Both the position numbers and the translations under genes were made by a program. The notes under the pieces were generated by a model, which was given only the letters and a program-made list of their open reading frames with translations, was not told where the DNA came from and ran no database searches. 64,000 nucleotides of DNA from a virus (Duplodnaviria; Caudoviricetes): the IMG/VR virus record IMGVR_UViG_3300032321_001270, positions 96,001 to 160,000 of that record. One strand, 5' to 3'. The stretch's first letter is position 1; each line of letters opens with the position of its first letter. Positions 54,538 through 63,884 of this stretch are shown here, piece by piece.

Positions 54538-56446
54538 GGTTAAACCTAATAAAGCAATTAAAGCGCTTGATATGCCCTCCGCGGGCGTACAAACGCTTAT
54601 ACAAGAATTAATCTCAATCGACCCAACGGACGTGAAAGCTGTTCACGAGCGTGCGGTTGTTTTGCAGCATCTTGCAAACAAACATGCGTTTCCGTCGCTT
54701 GAACCCATTCTTCCGTTAGTCTTAAACCTTAATGGACGTCCGTACAGCCTACAGAACCATTTTCCGTTTGCCCCCCTATTCAGACTACTCACCCCTAAAA
54801 ATCAGGTGTGGTGTACAGGGCGGCAGGTATCAAAATCGACCAGCCTAGCAGCGCACGGAGTTGTAGTTGCCAACTCTATCCCGTTTTTCAAAACGTTATT
54901 TATCACGCCGCTCTATGAGCAGATTCGGCGTTTCTCGAACAACTATGTGCGCCCGTTTATTGACCAGTCGCCGGTGAAAGCGCAGTGGAGTGGTACGTCA
55001 ACTGAAAACTCTGTGTTGCAGCGTTCGTTCAAGAACAATTCAATGATGTTGTTCAGTTTTGCTTTGTTAGACGCTGACAGAATCCGCGGTGTTTCCGCGG
55101 ATCGTGTGTGTATTGACGAAGTGCAGGATATGGATCCAGATCACGTACCGATCATCCAAGAGACAATGTCTTACTCGCGCTGGGGGACTAGTTATTACAC
55201 GGGTACTCCAAAGACGCTCGATAACTTAATTTACGGTTTGTATAAACGATCCTCACAGGCCGAGTGGTTCATTCCGTGTCATTCTTGTAAACACTGGAAT
55301 ATACCAGCGCTTGAATATGACTTAAACGCAATGATTGGCCCATACAGCGATCACATCAGCGAGAAGTATCCGGGCACCGTATGCGCAAAATGTCAAAAGC
55401 CCGTAAGCCCACGACATGGTCGCTGGGTGCACAGATATCCCGAACGCCGCTGGCAGTTTGCCGGGTATCACGTACCGCAGATGATTCTGCCACTTCATTT
55501 CTCCGACCCTGAAAAGTGGTCTACGCTCTTGTTGAAACGAGAAGGCTTTGGGAACATGACCCAAGCCCAGTTTTACAACGAAGTTATGGGAGAAAGTGTT
55601 GATACCGGCCAGAAGCTCATCAGCGAAACTGATTTGAAAGCTGCGTGCGTACTAGACTGGGAAAACAAGAAAGAACCAGAACCCAAATGCTTCGCAAATC
55701 TGTCGCATTACAAACACCGCATTTTAGCGGTCGACTGGGGCGGTGGCGGAGAAGCCGGTATTAGTTTCACCGTGCTGTCTGTGCTGGGATTCCGGCCCGA
55801 TGGAACAATCGATGTGCTATGGGCCAAACGGTTGCTCATTGGTGGCGACCACTTGGCTGAAGCCGTTGAATGTATGCGCTGGTCTAACTTGTTTAATTGC
55901 GATTTTGTCGCTCATGATTACACCGGTGCAGGCACGGTCCGTGAGACGGTCATGGTGCAGGCAGGGTTTAATCTTGACCGAGTACTTGCGATGCGGCTCG
56001 TCCGTTCCGCGTCGCAAGATTTGATGGTGTATAAACCACCAACGGAAATCAATCACCGCGCACACTACAGCCTTGATAAGACGCGGTCGTTGCTGTACAC
56101 GTGTCAGGCTATCAAACTAAAGCAGATCCGGTTCTTCCAGTATGACTGGTCGTCGCAGGACTCGCCGGGTTTGATATCAGATTTCTTAGCGTTGGTAGAA
56201 GAAAAAGCCGAATCCCGATTGGGCGGCGATATTTATACCATCACTAGAAACACACTATTGACTGACGACTTTGCGCAGGCTGTCAACTTGGGGTGCGCGG
56301 CGTTGTGGCACGTAAACAACGCGTGGCCAAACTTCGCCGAGATTGCCGGCGTTGCTCGACTAAGCGCGCGCGCCGTACAAGCCGAGACGCCGATGGACGA
56401 CGACTGGGCTGACGACGCAATCGGCAACAACTATTTTGGTTATTGA
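54536..56446 (+). CDS. terL: Terminase large subunit (GpA-like, Zn-finger insert)
   Basis: GRQVSKST Walker A, CIDEVQD Walker B, GTPKT, CHSC/CAKC, FYNEVMG, nuclease AVDWG and DDFAQA. Start 54536 or 54572. Confidence 0.88.
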   Translation: MVKPNKAIKALDMPSAGVQTLIQELISIDPTDVKAVHERAVVLQHLANKHAFPSLEPILPLVLNLNGRPYSLQNHFPFAPLFRLLTPKNQVWCTGRQVSKSTSLAAHGVVVANSIPFFKTLFITPLYEQIRRFSNNYVRPFIDQSPVKAQWSGTSTENSVLQRSFKNNSMMLFSFALLDADRIRGVSADRVCIDEVQDMDPDHVPIIQETMSYSRWGTSYYTGTPKTLDNLIYGLYKRSSQAEWFIPCHSCKHWNIPALEYDLNAMIGPYSDHISEKYPGTVCAKCQKPVSPRHGRWVHRYPERRWQFAGYHVPQMILPLHFSDPEKWSTLLLKREGFGNMTQAQFYNEVMGESVDTGQKLISETDLKAACVLDWENKKEPEPKCFANLSHYKHRILAVDWGGGGEAGISFTVLSVLGFRPDGTIDVLWAKRLLIGGDHLAEAVECMRWSNLFNCDFVAHDYTGAGTVRETVMVQAGFNLDRVLAMRLVRSASQDLMVYKPPTEINHRAHYSLDKTRSLLYTCQAIKLKQIRFFQYDWSSQDSPGLISDFLALVEEKAESRLGGDIYTITRNTLLTDDFAQAVNLGCAALWHVNNAWPNFAEIAGVARLSARAVQAETPMDDDWADDAIGNNYFGY

Positions 56447-56451
56447 CCGTT

Positions 56452-56775
56452 TTAATAGATGCGCCAACAGTATTTTTCTATCTTTTGCCGTAGCGCGGCT
56501 GAGTGCCGAATTGGAATGTCTTCAATGACATCAACTACGGCGCGCGCCGCTTTTTCAAGCGCCGCCGCAGCTTCGTCGCAATCCATTGACGACGCGTACA
56601 GCTCCCATGCGGCGCCTGTACGAGGAACAGCGGGTGATTTTCCGTCGAGGGCGGCGTCCAGTAATCTTTGAAATATTCCGTCCGGTTCTGAGTCTCGGGC
56701 GCCGTACTTGCTGTATTTTTCCTGTGTCGCCTCGAAAGCTTTGATCAGCGTATCAAGCTTTTCCAGCGGGGTCAT
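56452..56775 (-). CDS. Hypothetical protein
   Basis: KYGARDSEPD motif; overlaps upstream stop. Confidence 0.6.
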   Translation of the reverse strand: MTPLEKLDTLIKAFEATQEKYSKYGARDSEPDGIFQRLLDAALDGKSPAVPRTGAAWELYASSMDCDEAAAALEKAARAVVDVIEDIPIRHSAALRQKIEKYCWRIY

Positions 56776-57229
56776 CGTATTCGCTGACAACGTGCATACC
56801 CTTTTCAGTAACCGAGAAAGCAAAAGCATCTTTCTCGAAATCATATTCGGCGTCGAGGAGTCCTTGTTTCACGCCAGCCGCCATGACGTTCGACAGCAAC
56901 CGGGCACCGAGAGCGCGGAACAAACCAAGCATCTTTTCTTTGTACTCTTCAAACGAGTTGGCGCCGATGCCGTACATACCGTCATGCGAAACATCGCTAA
57001 GCTCTTTTACGATGTTTTCAACCTCCCAAATCTCTAAGAACTGACGCTGATGCTCTATTGCGTCAGTTACGTTTTGACCACTCACGTGAGACAGAAAATG
57101 GCCAAACACGCACAGAACGTGATCGCGTAAACCTTCGATTGAGTTGCACACGTGGTGCTGCACGTCGTCATCGTCGTCACCGGCTTTGTTTTCAAAATCC
57201 TCAAACATTTGAACCTCACTTGGTTTCAT
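56753..57229 (-). CDS. Hypothetical protein
   Basis: Coding-strand ORF; start uncertain. Confidence 0.6.
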   Translation of the reverse strand: MKPSEVQMFEDFENKAGDDDDDVQHHVCNSIEGLRDHVLCVFGHFLSHVSGQNVTDAIEHQRQFLEIWEVENIVKELSDVSHDGMYGIGANSFEEYKEKMLGLFRALGARLLSNVMAAGVKQGLLDAEYDFEKDAFAFSVTEKGMHVVSEYDDPAGKA

Positions 57230-57527
57230 TGCTGAGCCGGGCACGTGCCAGCGCGGCATCATACGAGCCGCGGGCCAAAATACGATTCTCGACGGCGATG
57301 CGCAACTGGGCGAGATAATCGGCGTACTGGCTGTCACCGTGAACACCGGCCTCTGCGCTGGAGAAGCTGTGCGGCTTGCCGGTCAGCGGGTTGTCTCCAG
57401 CGCTCATGATGCGGCCGATGGCGCCAAACTTGACATTGTGACGGTTGTCTTCCATTTCCATCTCGGTCTTGACGGCGACAGCCAACCGCTGGGCTGCTGT
57501 CTCAATTTCTTTTGCAAAATCAGCCAT
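57216..57527 (-). CDS. Hypothetical protein
   Basis: ATG behind AAGGAG. Confidence 0.65.
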   Translation of the reverse strand: MADFAKEIETAAQRLAVAVKTEMEMEDNRHNVKFGAIGRIMSAGDNPLTGKPHSFSSAEAGVHGDSQYADYLAQLRIAVENRILARGSYDAALARARLSNETK

Positions 57528-57798
57528 TATCAGTTCTCCTTGCAAGGTGGTCCCGCACCGCGGTCAAATCGCGGATAGCGGTGTCGATCATGTGCACGGC
57601 TTCTTCTCGGTCGCCGGCATCGGACATTTCAAATATCAAAAACGCGAAGAGAGTGTCGCCACACTGGCGAATTGCGTTTTTGCTTTGGCGGTTGATGTAG
57701 TCGTGAAAGGACTCGCCAACTTCCGGCGGATCTATGCCTAGCAGATCTGAAACCGGGTATGAATCGTAAACTTCTTTTGGTATAACTGGGTTACTCAT
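57520..57798 (-). CDS. Hypothetical protein, 92 aa
   Basis: Overlap-coupled; GD.LF.FL..E motif. Confidence 0.65.
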   Translation of the reverse strand: MSNPVIPKEVYDSYPVSDLLGIDPPEVGESFHDYINRQSKNAIRQCGDTLFAFLIFEMSDAGDREEAVHMIDTAIRDLTAVRDHLARRTDNG

Positions 57799-58000
57799 CC
57801 TCTTTCCATCGTTGACGCTCTTTCCGGGTTGGAATGCGTTTGGGGAATTTTTCCGGGTGACACAGCTGGCATGAGGCGCGGTTACAGCCGTTGTGGGTTT
57901 TGCGGTAACGACCCGGTGCGCCGTATTCTCCGCCGTTTAGCTGGCGGGCTTCTTCCCGGCGGCGGAAGATGATGTGTTTTTCTTCGTGGTAGCGTTTCAT
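57791..58000 (-). CDS. Small basic Cys/His protein
   Basis: H.GC....CQLCHPEK; ATG right after the GNAT stop. Confidence 0.6.
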   Translation of the reverse strand: MKRYHEEKHIIFRRREEARQLNGGEYGAPGRYRKTHNGCNRASCQLCHPEKFPKRIPTRKERQRWKEDE

Positions 58001-58001
58001 G

Positions 58002-58442
58002 TTATGGATCGCAGTAAGTGACAACGTTGCAGCCGCATTTGCTCGCTAGCTTTATGACGTCATGTGCGTAGACAGCCACGACCTTGTTTCGGTCTATGTG
58101 TCCGGCCGCAATGAGCGCTGTCAGCCCAAGCTTTGCAATTCCGCGGCGGCGATAGTCTGGGTCAACAAAACATTCCACGGTTTGTACAATTGTCTGGCGC
58201 CCCTTGAATTTTTCAGGCCACGGGCGTGTACCCACCCAGCCAGCAAGTACATCATCCAGCCAGACTAGAGCTAGCGCCATTTCTGGGTGTGGGCCGGGTT
58301 CTGGCTCGCCGTACCGCTTGTGCAACTCTTTTTGAATCGAGCTGCTGCTGCCAGAATCAGGCCACGAAAGCCGCGACATAAGCGCGGTGACATCAATTAA
58401 CGCAAGCTTGTTGATGTCTTTGATTTTGATAACAAATTCCAT
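58002..58442 (-). CDS. GNAT family acetyltransferase
   Basis: Motif A FVDPDYRRRGIA. Confidence 0.8.
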   Translation of the reverse strand: MEFVIKIKDINKLALIDVTALMSRLSWPDSGSSSSIQKELHKRYGEPEPGPHPEMALALVWLDDVLAGWVGTRPWPEKFKGRQTIVQTVECFVDPDYRRRGIAKLGLTALIAAGHIDRNKVVAVYAHDVIKLASKCGCNVVTYCDP

Positions 58443-58476
58443 GGGCAGCCTCCGCGCTTACCCATGAATTATACAA

Positions 58477-58549
58477 AGCCGGCGGTCGGACTCGAACCGA
58501 CGACCTACTGATTACAAATCAGTGGCTCTACCAACTGAGCTACACCGGC
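58477..58549 (-). tRNA. tRNA-Thr(TGT)
   Basis: GCCGGTG/CGCCGGC acceptor, GCTC/GAGC D stem, ACTGA-TTTGTAA-TCAGT, GTCGG-TTCGAGT-CCGAC; no CCA. Confidence 0.95.
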
Positions 58550-58555
58550 GTCACA

Positions 58556-59023
58556 TCAAACTGGTTCTGCTACCAACCCTGCGGGCCAGTAGTATGGCAG
58601 ATCAATTGGCTCTAGCCAACCAAACCGCGAATAGTGGCGATAGTCTTTTCGCAGTAGGTTGCTGCGGTGACTCGCGTGAAATGTTTCGTCGCCCACCCAC
58701 GGCGGGTAGCGATTAACTGTTATTTGTGCCCGCAACTGAACGTAGCTGCGCATGAATTGCGGGCACAGTGTGTCGTTGAAGCCGCGGTGAATCCACTCGC
58801 GGCAAACTACTATGGCGTATACAGTCAGCGCGGTTTCAAAACCCAACCACATTCGAACAGCCGGGTGATTGCGCCAGCTTGATGTGCCGGGCTCGTGCTC
58901 GCCGACTGGTACGCCCAAGCAGAGTAATATCTGCTTGCATTCAACCCTTTGCTTGCCTAGACGTTTATTATCCAAGCAGGCAGCCGAGGTTTTAAACCGC
59001 GGCAGCGGCAAAAAGGTTTGCAT
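58556..59023 (-). CDS. Pyrimidine-dimer DNA glycosylase-like (MSMEG_6728 family)
   Basis: MQTFLP...SA..LDNKRLGKQRVE..QIL...W..HPAV.MW...PPW.G...FH.SHRSNLLRKD...Y.WP. Confidence 0.85.
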   Translation of the reverse strand: MQTFLPLPRFKTSAACLDNKRLGKQRVECKQILLCLGVPVGEHEPGTSSWRNHPAVRMWLGFETALTVYAIVVCREWIHRGFNDTLCPQFMRSYVQLRAQITVNRYPPWVGDETFHASHRSNLLRKDYRHYSRFGWLEPIDLPYYWPAGLVAEPV

Positions 59024-59032
59024 GTATGCCTA

Positions 59033-59371
59033 TTAGTCCTCGTCATCAAAATTGTCGTTCTCGTCTACTTCAAAGTTTTCGTCATATGACGGCTCGTCTT
59101 CATCTTCATCTTCATAGTCTTCGTCGTCGTCCCAGTTCTCATCGTCTTCATCGGTTTCTTCTTCGTCGTCTTCGTAGTCTTCGTCGTCGTCCTCTTCTTC
59201 TTCCTCGTCATCAAAGAAGTAGTTTGGTTTCGGCGTATCCATGAGACTGTCGTCGTCATCGTCTTCGTCGTCAACGAATTGCCATTCTTCTTCGATAAAA
59301 TCGTCGTCAAGGCCGTCGTCACGTTTCGATTTAGCGTCACGGCGAAAAGAAGCTGGCTCAAGATAGCGCAT
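59033..59371 (-). CDS. Hyper-acidic protein (64 of 112 residues D/E)
   Basis: Residue count from the translation; in-operon. Confidence 0.7.
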   Translation of the reverse strand: MRYLEPASFRRDAKSKRDDGLDDDFIEEEWQFVDDEDDDDDSLMDTPKPNYFFDDEEEEEDDDEDYEDDEEETDEDDENWDDDEDYEDEDEDEPSYDENFEVDENDNFDDED

Positions 59372-59373
59372 AA

Positions 59374-62007
59374 TTATCCGATTTCCCGGGCGGCGTTTAG
59401 ATCAGACAACAAGTACTGGTCGCACAATTCTGTTGTTACAAGAATGCCGGGCATGCCGTGAACAATAGCTTCGCCTTTAAAAGCGTCGTTAGCCGTCAGC
59501 TGCTCGACAATCTGTAACCAGTTTGGTGGCAATGCTTTGCAACTATAAAAATAACGATCAATGGCCCTTTGATTCAACCACCAGTGTTCTTTTTTTCGCA
59601 AAATGTAATTTGTCGGTTGATCTTTTTTGCGCGGTTGCGGGAGTACGTCGATTTTTCCGGTTTGTATACCGGCGTAAACAGCGGCTAAAAACGCGGTATC
59701 AGCAGTGGTTTGCGTACTTAACCTGCCGGCGGCGTACTCCAGCTGGAACGTGGCGCCATACGCTGTGTTCAACCACTCCGAAACGTCTGCCAGTACCGCG
59801 AGGGTTGTGTTTTGGTCGAGGAGGCTGAGCCGCATCCTATTTTTGAGGGTGTGTTGGATGTACGCCGGCAGAACGTAACGTAGAACGGAAAAATCAGTTG
59901 ATTTGCTGCTCGCGCGACCGTCAACCACTTGCCACCCGTAACTTTGCGCGGCGGCCGCGGCGATTGAGGATAGTTTTACGAGTAGCGGGCGGTTGTGGCA
60001 TTTCGGAACGATTGGACTCACGCTTGTATCGTCAAACGTGCTCGATACAAATGTTGGCCACAGGCATTCGTTTGTTTTGTCGTAGATGTGTTTGCTGACG
60101 TCGGCGCGGCGCAAAATAGCTGCCTGCAAATGCTCGCAGCCCAGCATCTCACCAATTTTTACGGCAGTGTCGAAGTTTTCGCCTGTGACGGCGGTAGCAA
60201 CATGTTCGCGGCGCAAGATCGGGTTGATTAGCCCGGCGGCAACTGAAGCAAAAATACTCCACGTGAACGCATTCTCAGGACTGGGTGTGAGTAACGTTCG
60301 GATGCTTGGCGGGGCGACTTTTACCGGTTCAGGAAACGTCACGCGGCGGTGTTTTTTTGTAGGCGACAGCGTCTCTGCTGTTGTGCCGTCGTTTTTAATT
60401 TCGTAGTTAGCGAAACGAAAAACGTTTGCTTTGTCATCCCACCCAAGCCGATTTGAAACGTTGATGAATTCCGGGTTGTTCAGCTCTATGGATATTAAGT
60501 GGCTGCGCCGATTCCATGTTCGATCAAAAACCAGCAGTTTGCGATACTGCGCGACGTGTGCTTCCGCAAACGCTAATAATCCCATGCGCTCAATTTTGTT
60601 GGCGCTGTCTGAGAACGGGAACTCTTCGCCGGCAAGATAGATGACGCCGCTGTACGTTTTTTCGCCGTCGTCTGAATGCACGATCTTATTGATGACGACG
60701 TTCGCCGAGCATATGCGTTGATTCGTCACGCTCCACCAGCCGTCGCTACGCGGAGTGACCAACCAGCGCCACGACAGTTTTGGCGTCGTGGCCGACGGCA
60801 TGGTGTTCACCTGCGACAGCACGCGATCAGCAAATCCGGCAGAAAACCGTTCTGATATCTTTTTCAGAAACACGGTCAGTTTGTCCGGCGTGATCGTCAG
60901 GCGGGAGGCGAACGAGTGCGCGGCAATCTCGCTCATACTACTCATGGCGCGGTACAAGCTTGTTTGCCATGTTTCTGCGTTTACGCGCATGGCGGTGAGT
61001 CGGCTCAGCGCGTCTGTACTTAGCCGGCGCTGTAACCGCTGCGTCTGCGACATAATCGTTACGTAACCGCGGGCTGTGCAGGCGCGGCTTACAAGTTCTG
61101 GATTTATGGCGCGACTCTGGAAGATTCGGCTCAATGGCGGAAAAGAATGCCAGTTCAACCCGTAGCTGTTGGCTTCATGTCCGGTATAGCTGCACATTAA
61201 CGGGAGCAGGGGTAGTCCACGCTGCAGGTGCTCGCATTGCATGCTCAGCGCCCAGAACGGATTGTCGACAATGAACTGGGTATTTTTTAACAGCTCTCCG
61301 ACTGGTTGCAGCGCGGTCTTGAGCAGGAAGTACCCGGCTTCTGGTCGGCGGCGTTTGTACCCGGTGGTTGGCACGAAAGTTTGTTTGGCTTCAAACTCTT
61401 CGGTGTATTGCACAAGTAAGACGCCGGTAAGCCGTCCGGGCAAGTCGTAATATGGAAAGACAAGACTCGTGCCTTTTGGGCGGACGCTTCGCGGTTTTGC
61501 CCTGCCAAGCGCGCGGCAGATCTTTTCAATCTGATCCGGGTACGCCACGCCAACTAGTCCGGCCGCGTTGATCTCATGTTGCACGCCCAGCTCGCGGAGG
61601 CGGCACGCGATTAAGTCGTCGCTGTGGTTCCATATCTGCGCTTCGGCGTCAAACCAAAAGTTCTCTATTTCACGGTGCCGGGTTATGGCGCGGTCGTACT
61701 CGCCCGCCATATTGTCTTTTTCGCCGTGATTTACGAGATTTAGGTCAGCGAACCTGTTAAGCGCGTCGGGTAGGCTTGTATTCCATAATGACGCGCCAAA
61801 GGTTATGATATCTCCATGGACTTGACACGAATTACAGTGCAGCCATATACCGTCTGTGGCTAGGTCGTCAAACAGGTGCAGAGTATTCTGTTGACATAAC
61901 GGACAATTCACGACGGCCGGAAAAGTCACATTTTCTGGCGCAACGCCCAACGCCGATAGGGCGCTCACATGGTGTTGTCGGCTGACTAAACAGGTAGGAA
62001 AACCCAT
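59374..62007 (-). CDS. Large primase-like protein with degenerate TOPRIM, 877 aa
   Basis: CPLC...CNSC Zn finger + GDII; SLVFPYYDLPGRLTG (DnaG RNAP-domain motif); QFIVDNPFW where EG..D is expected. Start uncertain. Confidence 0.6.
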   Translation of the reverse strand: MGFPTCLVSRQHHVSALSALGVAPENVTFPAVVNCPLCQQNTLHLFDDLATDGIWLHCNSCQVHGDIITFGASLWNTSLPDALNRFADLNLVNHGEKDNMAGEYDRAITRHREIENFWFDAEAQIWNHSDDLIACRLRELGVQHEINAAGLVGVAYPDQIEKICRALGRAKPRSVRPKGTSLVFPYYDLPGRLTGVLLVQYTEEFEAKQTFVPTTGYKRRRPEAGYFLLKTALQPVGELLKNTQFIVDNPFWALSMQCEHLQRGLPLLPLMCSYTGHEANSYGLNWHSFPPLSRIFQSRAINPELVSRACTARGYVTIMSQTQRLQRRLSTDALSRLTAMRVNAETWQTSLYRAMSSMSEIAAHSFASRLTITPDKLTVFLKKISERFSAGFADRVLSQVNTMPSATTPKLSWRWLVTPRSDGWWSVTNQRICSANVVINKIVHSDDGEKTYSGVIYLAGEEFPFSDSANKIERMGLLAFAEAHVAQYRKLLVFDRTWNRRSHLISIELNNPEFINVSNRLGWDDKANVFRFANYEIKNDGTTAETLSPTKKHRRVTFPEPVKVAPPSIRTLLTPSPENAFTWSIFASVAAGLINPILRREHVATAVTGENFDTAVKIGEMLGCEHLQAAILRRADVSKHIYDKTNECLWPTFVSSTFDDTSVSPIVPKCHNRPLLVKLSSIAAAAAQSYGWQVVDGRASSKSTDFSVLRYVLPAYIQHTLKNRMRLSLLDQNTTLAVLADVSEWLNTAYGATFQLEYAAGRLSTQTTADTAFLAAVYAGIQTGKIDVLPQPRKKDQPTNYILRKKEHWWLNQRAIDRYFYSCKALPPNWLQIVEQLTANDAFKGEAIVHGMPGILVTTELCDQYLLSDLNAAREIG

Positions 62008-63181
62008 GACAAATATCCCGCTCGATCAGTCACACGATGTCAGTGGTTGCGAAACGCACCGGCTTACCACTCTGTACCCGCAGCCCGACTTTGTTAAAAG
62101 TGCCGCGCATGACAGACTCACCGGCGGCTCTGAGTTAGCACGCCATTTGTATGCTGATCAGCGCAATAAACTTTATCCGTGTCACACGGCGCCCGCAACA
62201 TGGATGTCCGCGCTTTTCTTCGCGGACAAGCAAGCGCAGTTTGACCCGCGCGACGCCGACACTATTAAAACTAGGATACACCAAGCGGCTGAATATTTTG
62301 GCATTGCCGGTGCTGTGGCGGAACTAGAAGAAAAGGTCGCCGCGGCCAACAGCCATGACATTAATGCGCTGCCAGACTCCGAGTTTGCGATTGTCTGGGT
62401 CAGCGACATGGGCGGTAAAGAACGGCACTGGCCGCTACGCAACGCCTCCGAAGTCAAGTTTGCCGCAGCCCACTTCAAGGAATTTCGCGACAACTTTGTG
62501 TTTGCCGACCGTCATATCATCGCCAGCAAAATCCTCGAAAAGGCGGCTGAATACAGCGCAGATGTTTCTGAGGCTGACGGCTCGCTTGAACTTGCTGCCG
62601 GCCTTGGTGCTTGTGCCGCCAAGGTTGCCAGCCAAATGCTTAAAGACCGCGTACGGCTCACCCAACGGCAGCACGCCGATCTGGCCGCTGAGTTGTCCAA
62701 GTTGGCTGAGGTCATTGACCAGAACCCCGAAAGGGCTCGCGAGGTTGAGACCCGGTTGAAGTTGGCGAGCGCGGTCGACAATTTTGATAGGAATACCCAG
62801 CTTTACCGGCTATACGACGCCGGCGGGCTTCCACGGCCTGAAGAAGTATTATTTGCAATCACCGAAAAGGTAGCCCGCGAGTTCATGAACCAGAACGTCG
62901 AAACCACGACCGGCAACGTCTACGCCCTCGAAGATCTTGAGAAGCTGGCGGTTGAAGACGTGCGTGAGTGGCTTGGCGACGAGTTCGCTGATGCCGTGAG
63001 CGCCGGCGGAGTGTACATGGACCGGGACAAGCTCGCGGCCATTGTGCCCACGCTTGACCGCGGTATGGCCGCCACGCTGGACCGACTGGTGCAGCAGAAG
63101 ACGGCCGGCGCTGTTGTTAAGTCAGCGGCGGCGGACAGTCTTCTTTCGCTTGAGCGCCTTCGCGAACTTGCCCGGGGCTGA
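62006..63181 (+). CDS. Protein with two DUF6582-like repeats (probable virion/assembly protein)
   Basis: KLYPCHTAPATWMSALFF...RIHQAAEYFGI and RHWPLRNASEVKFAAAHF...KILEKAAEY; AGGA RBS. Confidence 0.7.
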   Translation: MTNIPLDQSHDVSGCETHRLTTLYPQPDFVKSAAHDRLTGGSELARHLYADQRNKLYPCHTAPATWMSALFFADKQAQFDPRDADTIKTRIHQAAEYFGIAGAVAELEEKVAAANSHDINALPDSEFAIVWVSDMGGKERHWPLRNASEVKFAAAHFKEFRDNFVFADRHIIASKILEKAAEYSADVSEADGSLELAAGLGACAAKVASQMLKDRVRLTQRQHADLAAELSKLAEVIDQNPERAREVETRLKLASAVDNFDRNTQLYRLYDAGGLPRPEEVLFAITEKVAREFMNQNVETTTGNVYALEDLEKLAVEDVREWLGDEFADAVSAGGVYMDRDKLAAIVPTLDRGMAATLDRLVQQKTAGAVVKSAAADSLLSLERLRELARG

Positions 63182-63655
63182 AAGCTTTTTCTTAGGTTTT
63201 CGCTTTGGCTTTGGTTTCGACTGCGCAAACAATTTTGTAATACGCCCAAGCACGGCGTTCGCCGTCGTTTTTTTGTAGTCGACTTTGTCCCACGCTTGGT
63301 GCGTTTCTTTTGCCAGCCCGCGGCGGCTCGCTTCAAGGTCGTGAAACAGGCTGTACTGTGGGTTGTACCACTTGTAAGCGCTGCCCTTGCCCTTGCAGCT
63401 TACGTAGTCGCAAACCGAGATTTCAAAAACAGTGCTTGTCACACTGTCCATGATGATCTGCGCGCCGGCAATAAACCCGGTTGCGCGCGGGTCATCTTTT
63501 TGCGGACGCGGTCCGATGCGAGACGCGTCGATTATTACGGCGTTCCGCCCATAACAATCCCAGCAGTATTTTTCGGCGCTATCAATCGTGTACTTGCACG
63601 CTTGGAAAAAGCGTGCAAGTTGTTCAAACCCGCAGTGGTCAATTTTTGTCGACAT
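63122..63655 (-). CDS. Hypothetical protein with Lys-rich tail
   Basis: Coding-strand ORF; its 3' end overlaps the convergent plus-strand gene by 60 nt. Confidence 0.7.
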   Translation of the reverse strand: MSTKIDHCGFEQLARFFQACKYTIDSAEKYCWDCYGRNAVIIDASRIGPRPQKDDPRATGFIAGAQIIMDSVTSTVFEISVCDYVSCKGKGSAYKWYNPQYSLFHDLEASRRGLAKETHQAWDKVDYKKTTANAVLGRITKLFAQSKPKPKRKPKKKLSAPGKFAKALKRKKTVRRR

Positions 63656-63884
63656 GTGCGATATGTTTTATCCGTTTGACAAGTTCGCGCAACGCCGCAA
63701 GCGCTGGGTTTTCGCGAACCTTGGGCGTGAGAGCGCCCGGGTCGATGTTTTGAGATGAGAGGCCGCTAAGTTCTTCTTGGCGGCAAGATTCTAAATAGTG
63801 ATGCCAGTTATCGTAGGCGTCACGGTCTTCGTCTGATTCGTACGGTCTGTATGGTTCGTCAAGAAGTCTGTCGTTCCAACCCAT
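63639..63884 (-). CDS. Hypothetical protein, 81 aa
   Basis: Overlaps the csrA stop region. Confidence 0.55.
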   Translation of the reverse strand: MGWNDRLLDEPYRPYESDEDRDAYDNWHHYLESCRQEELSGLSSQNIDPGALTPKVRENPALAALRELVKRIKHIAHVDKN

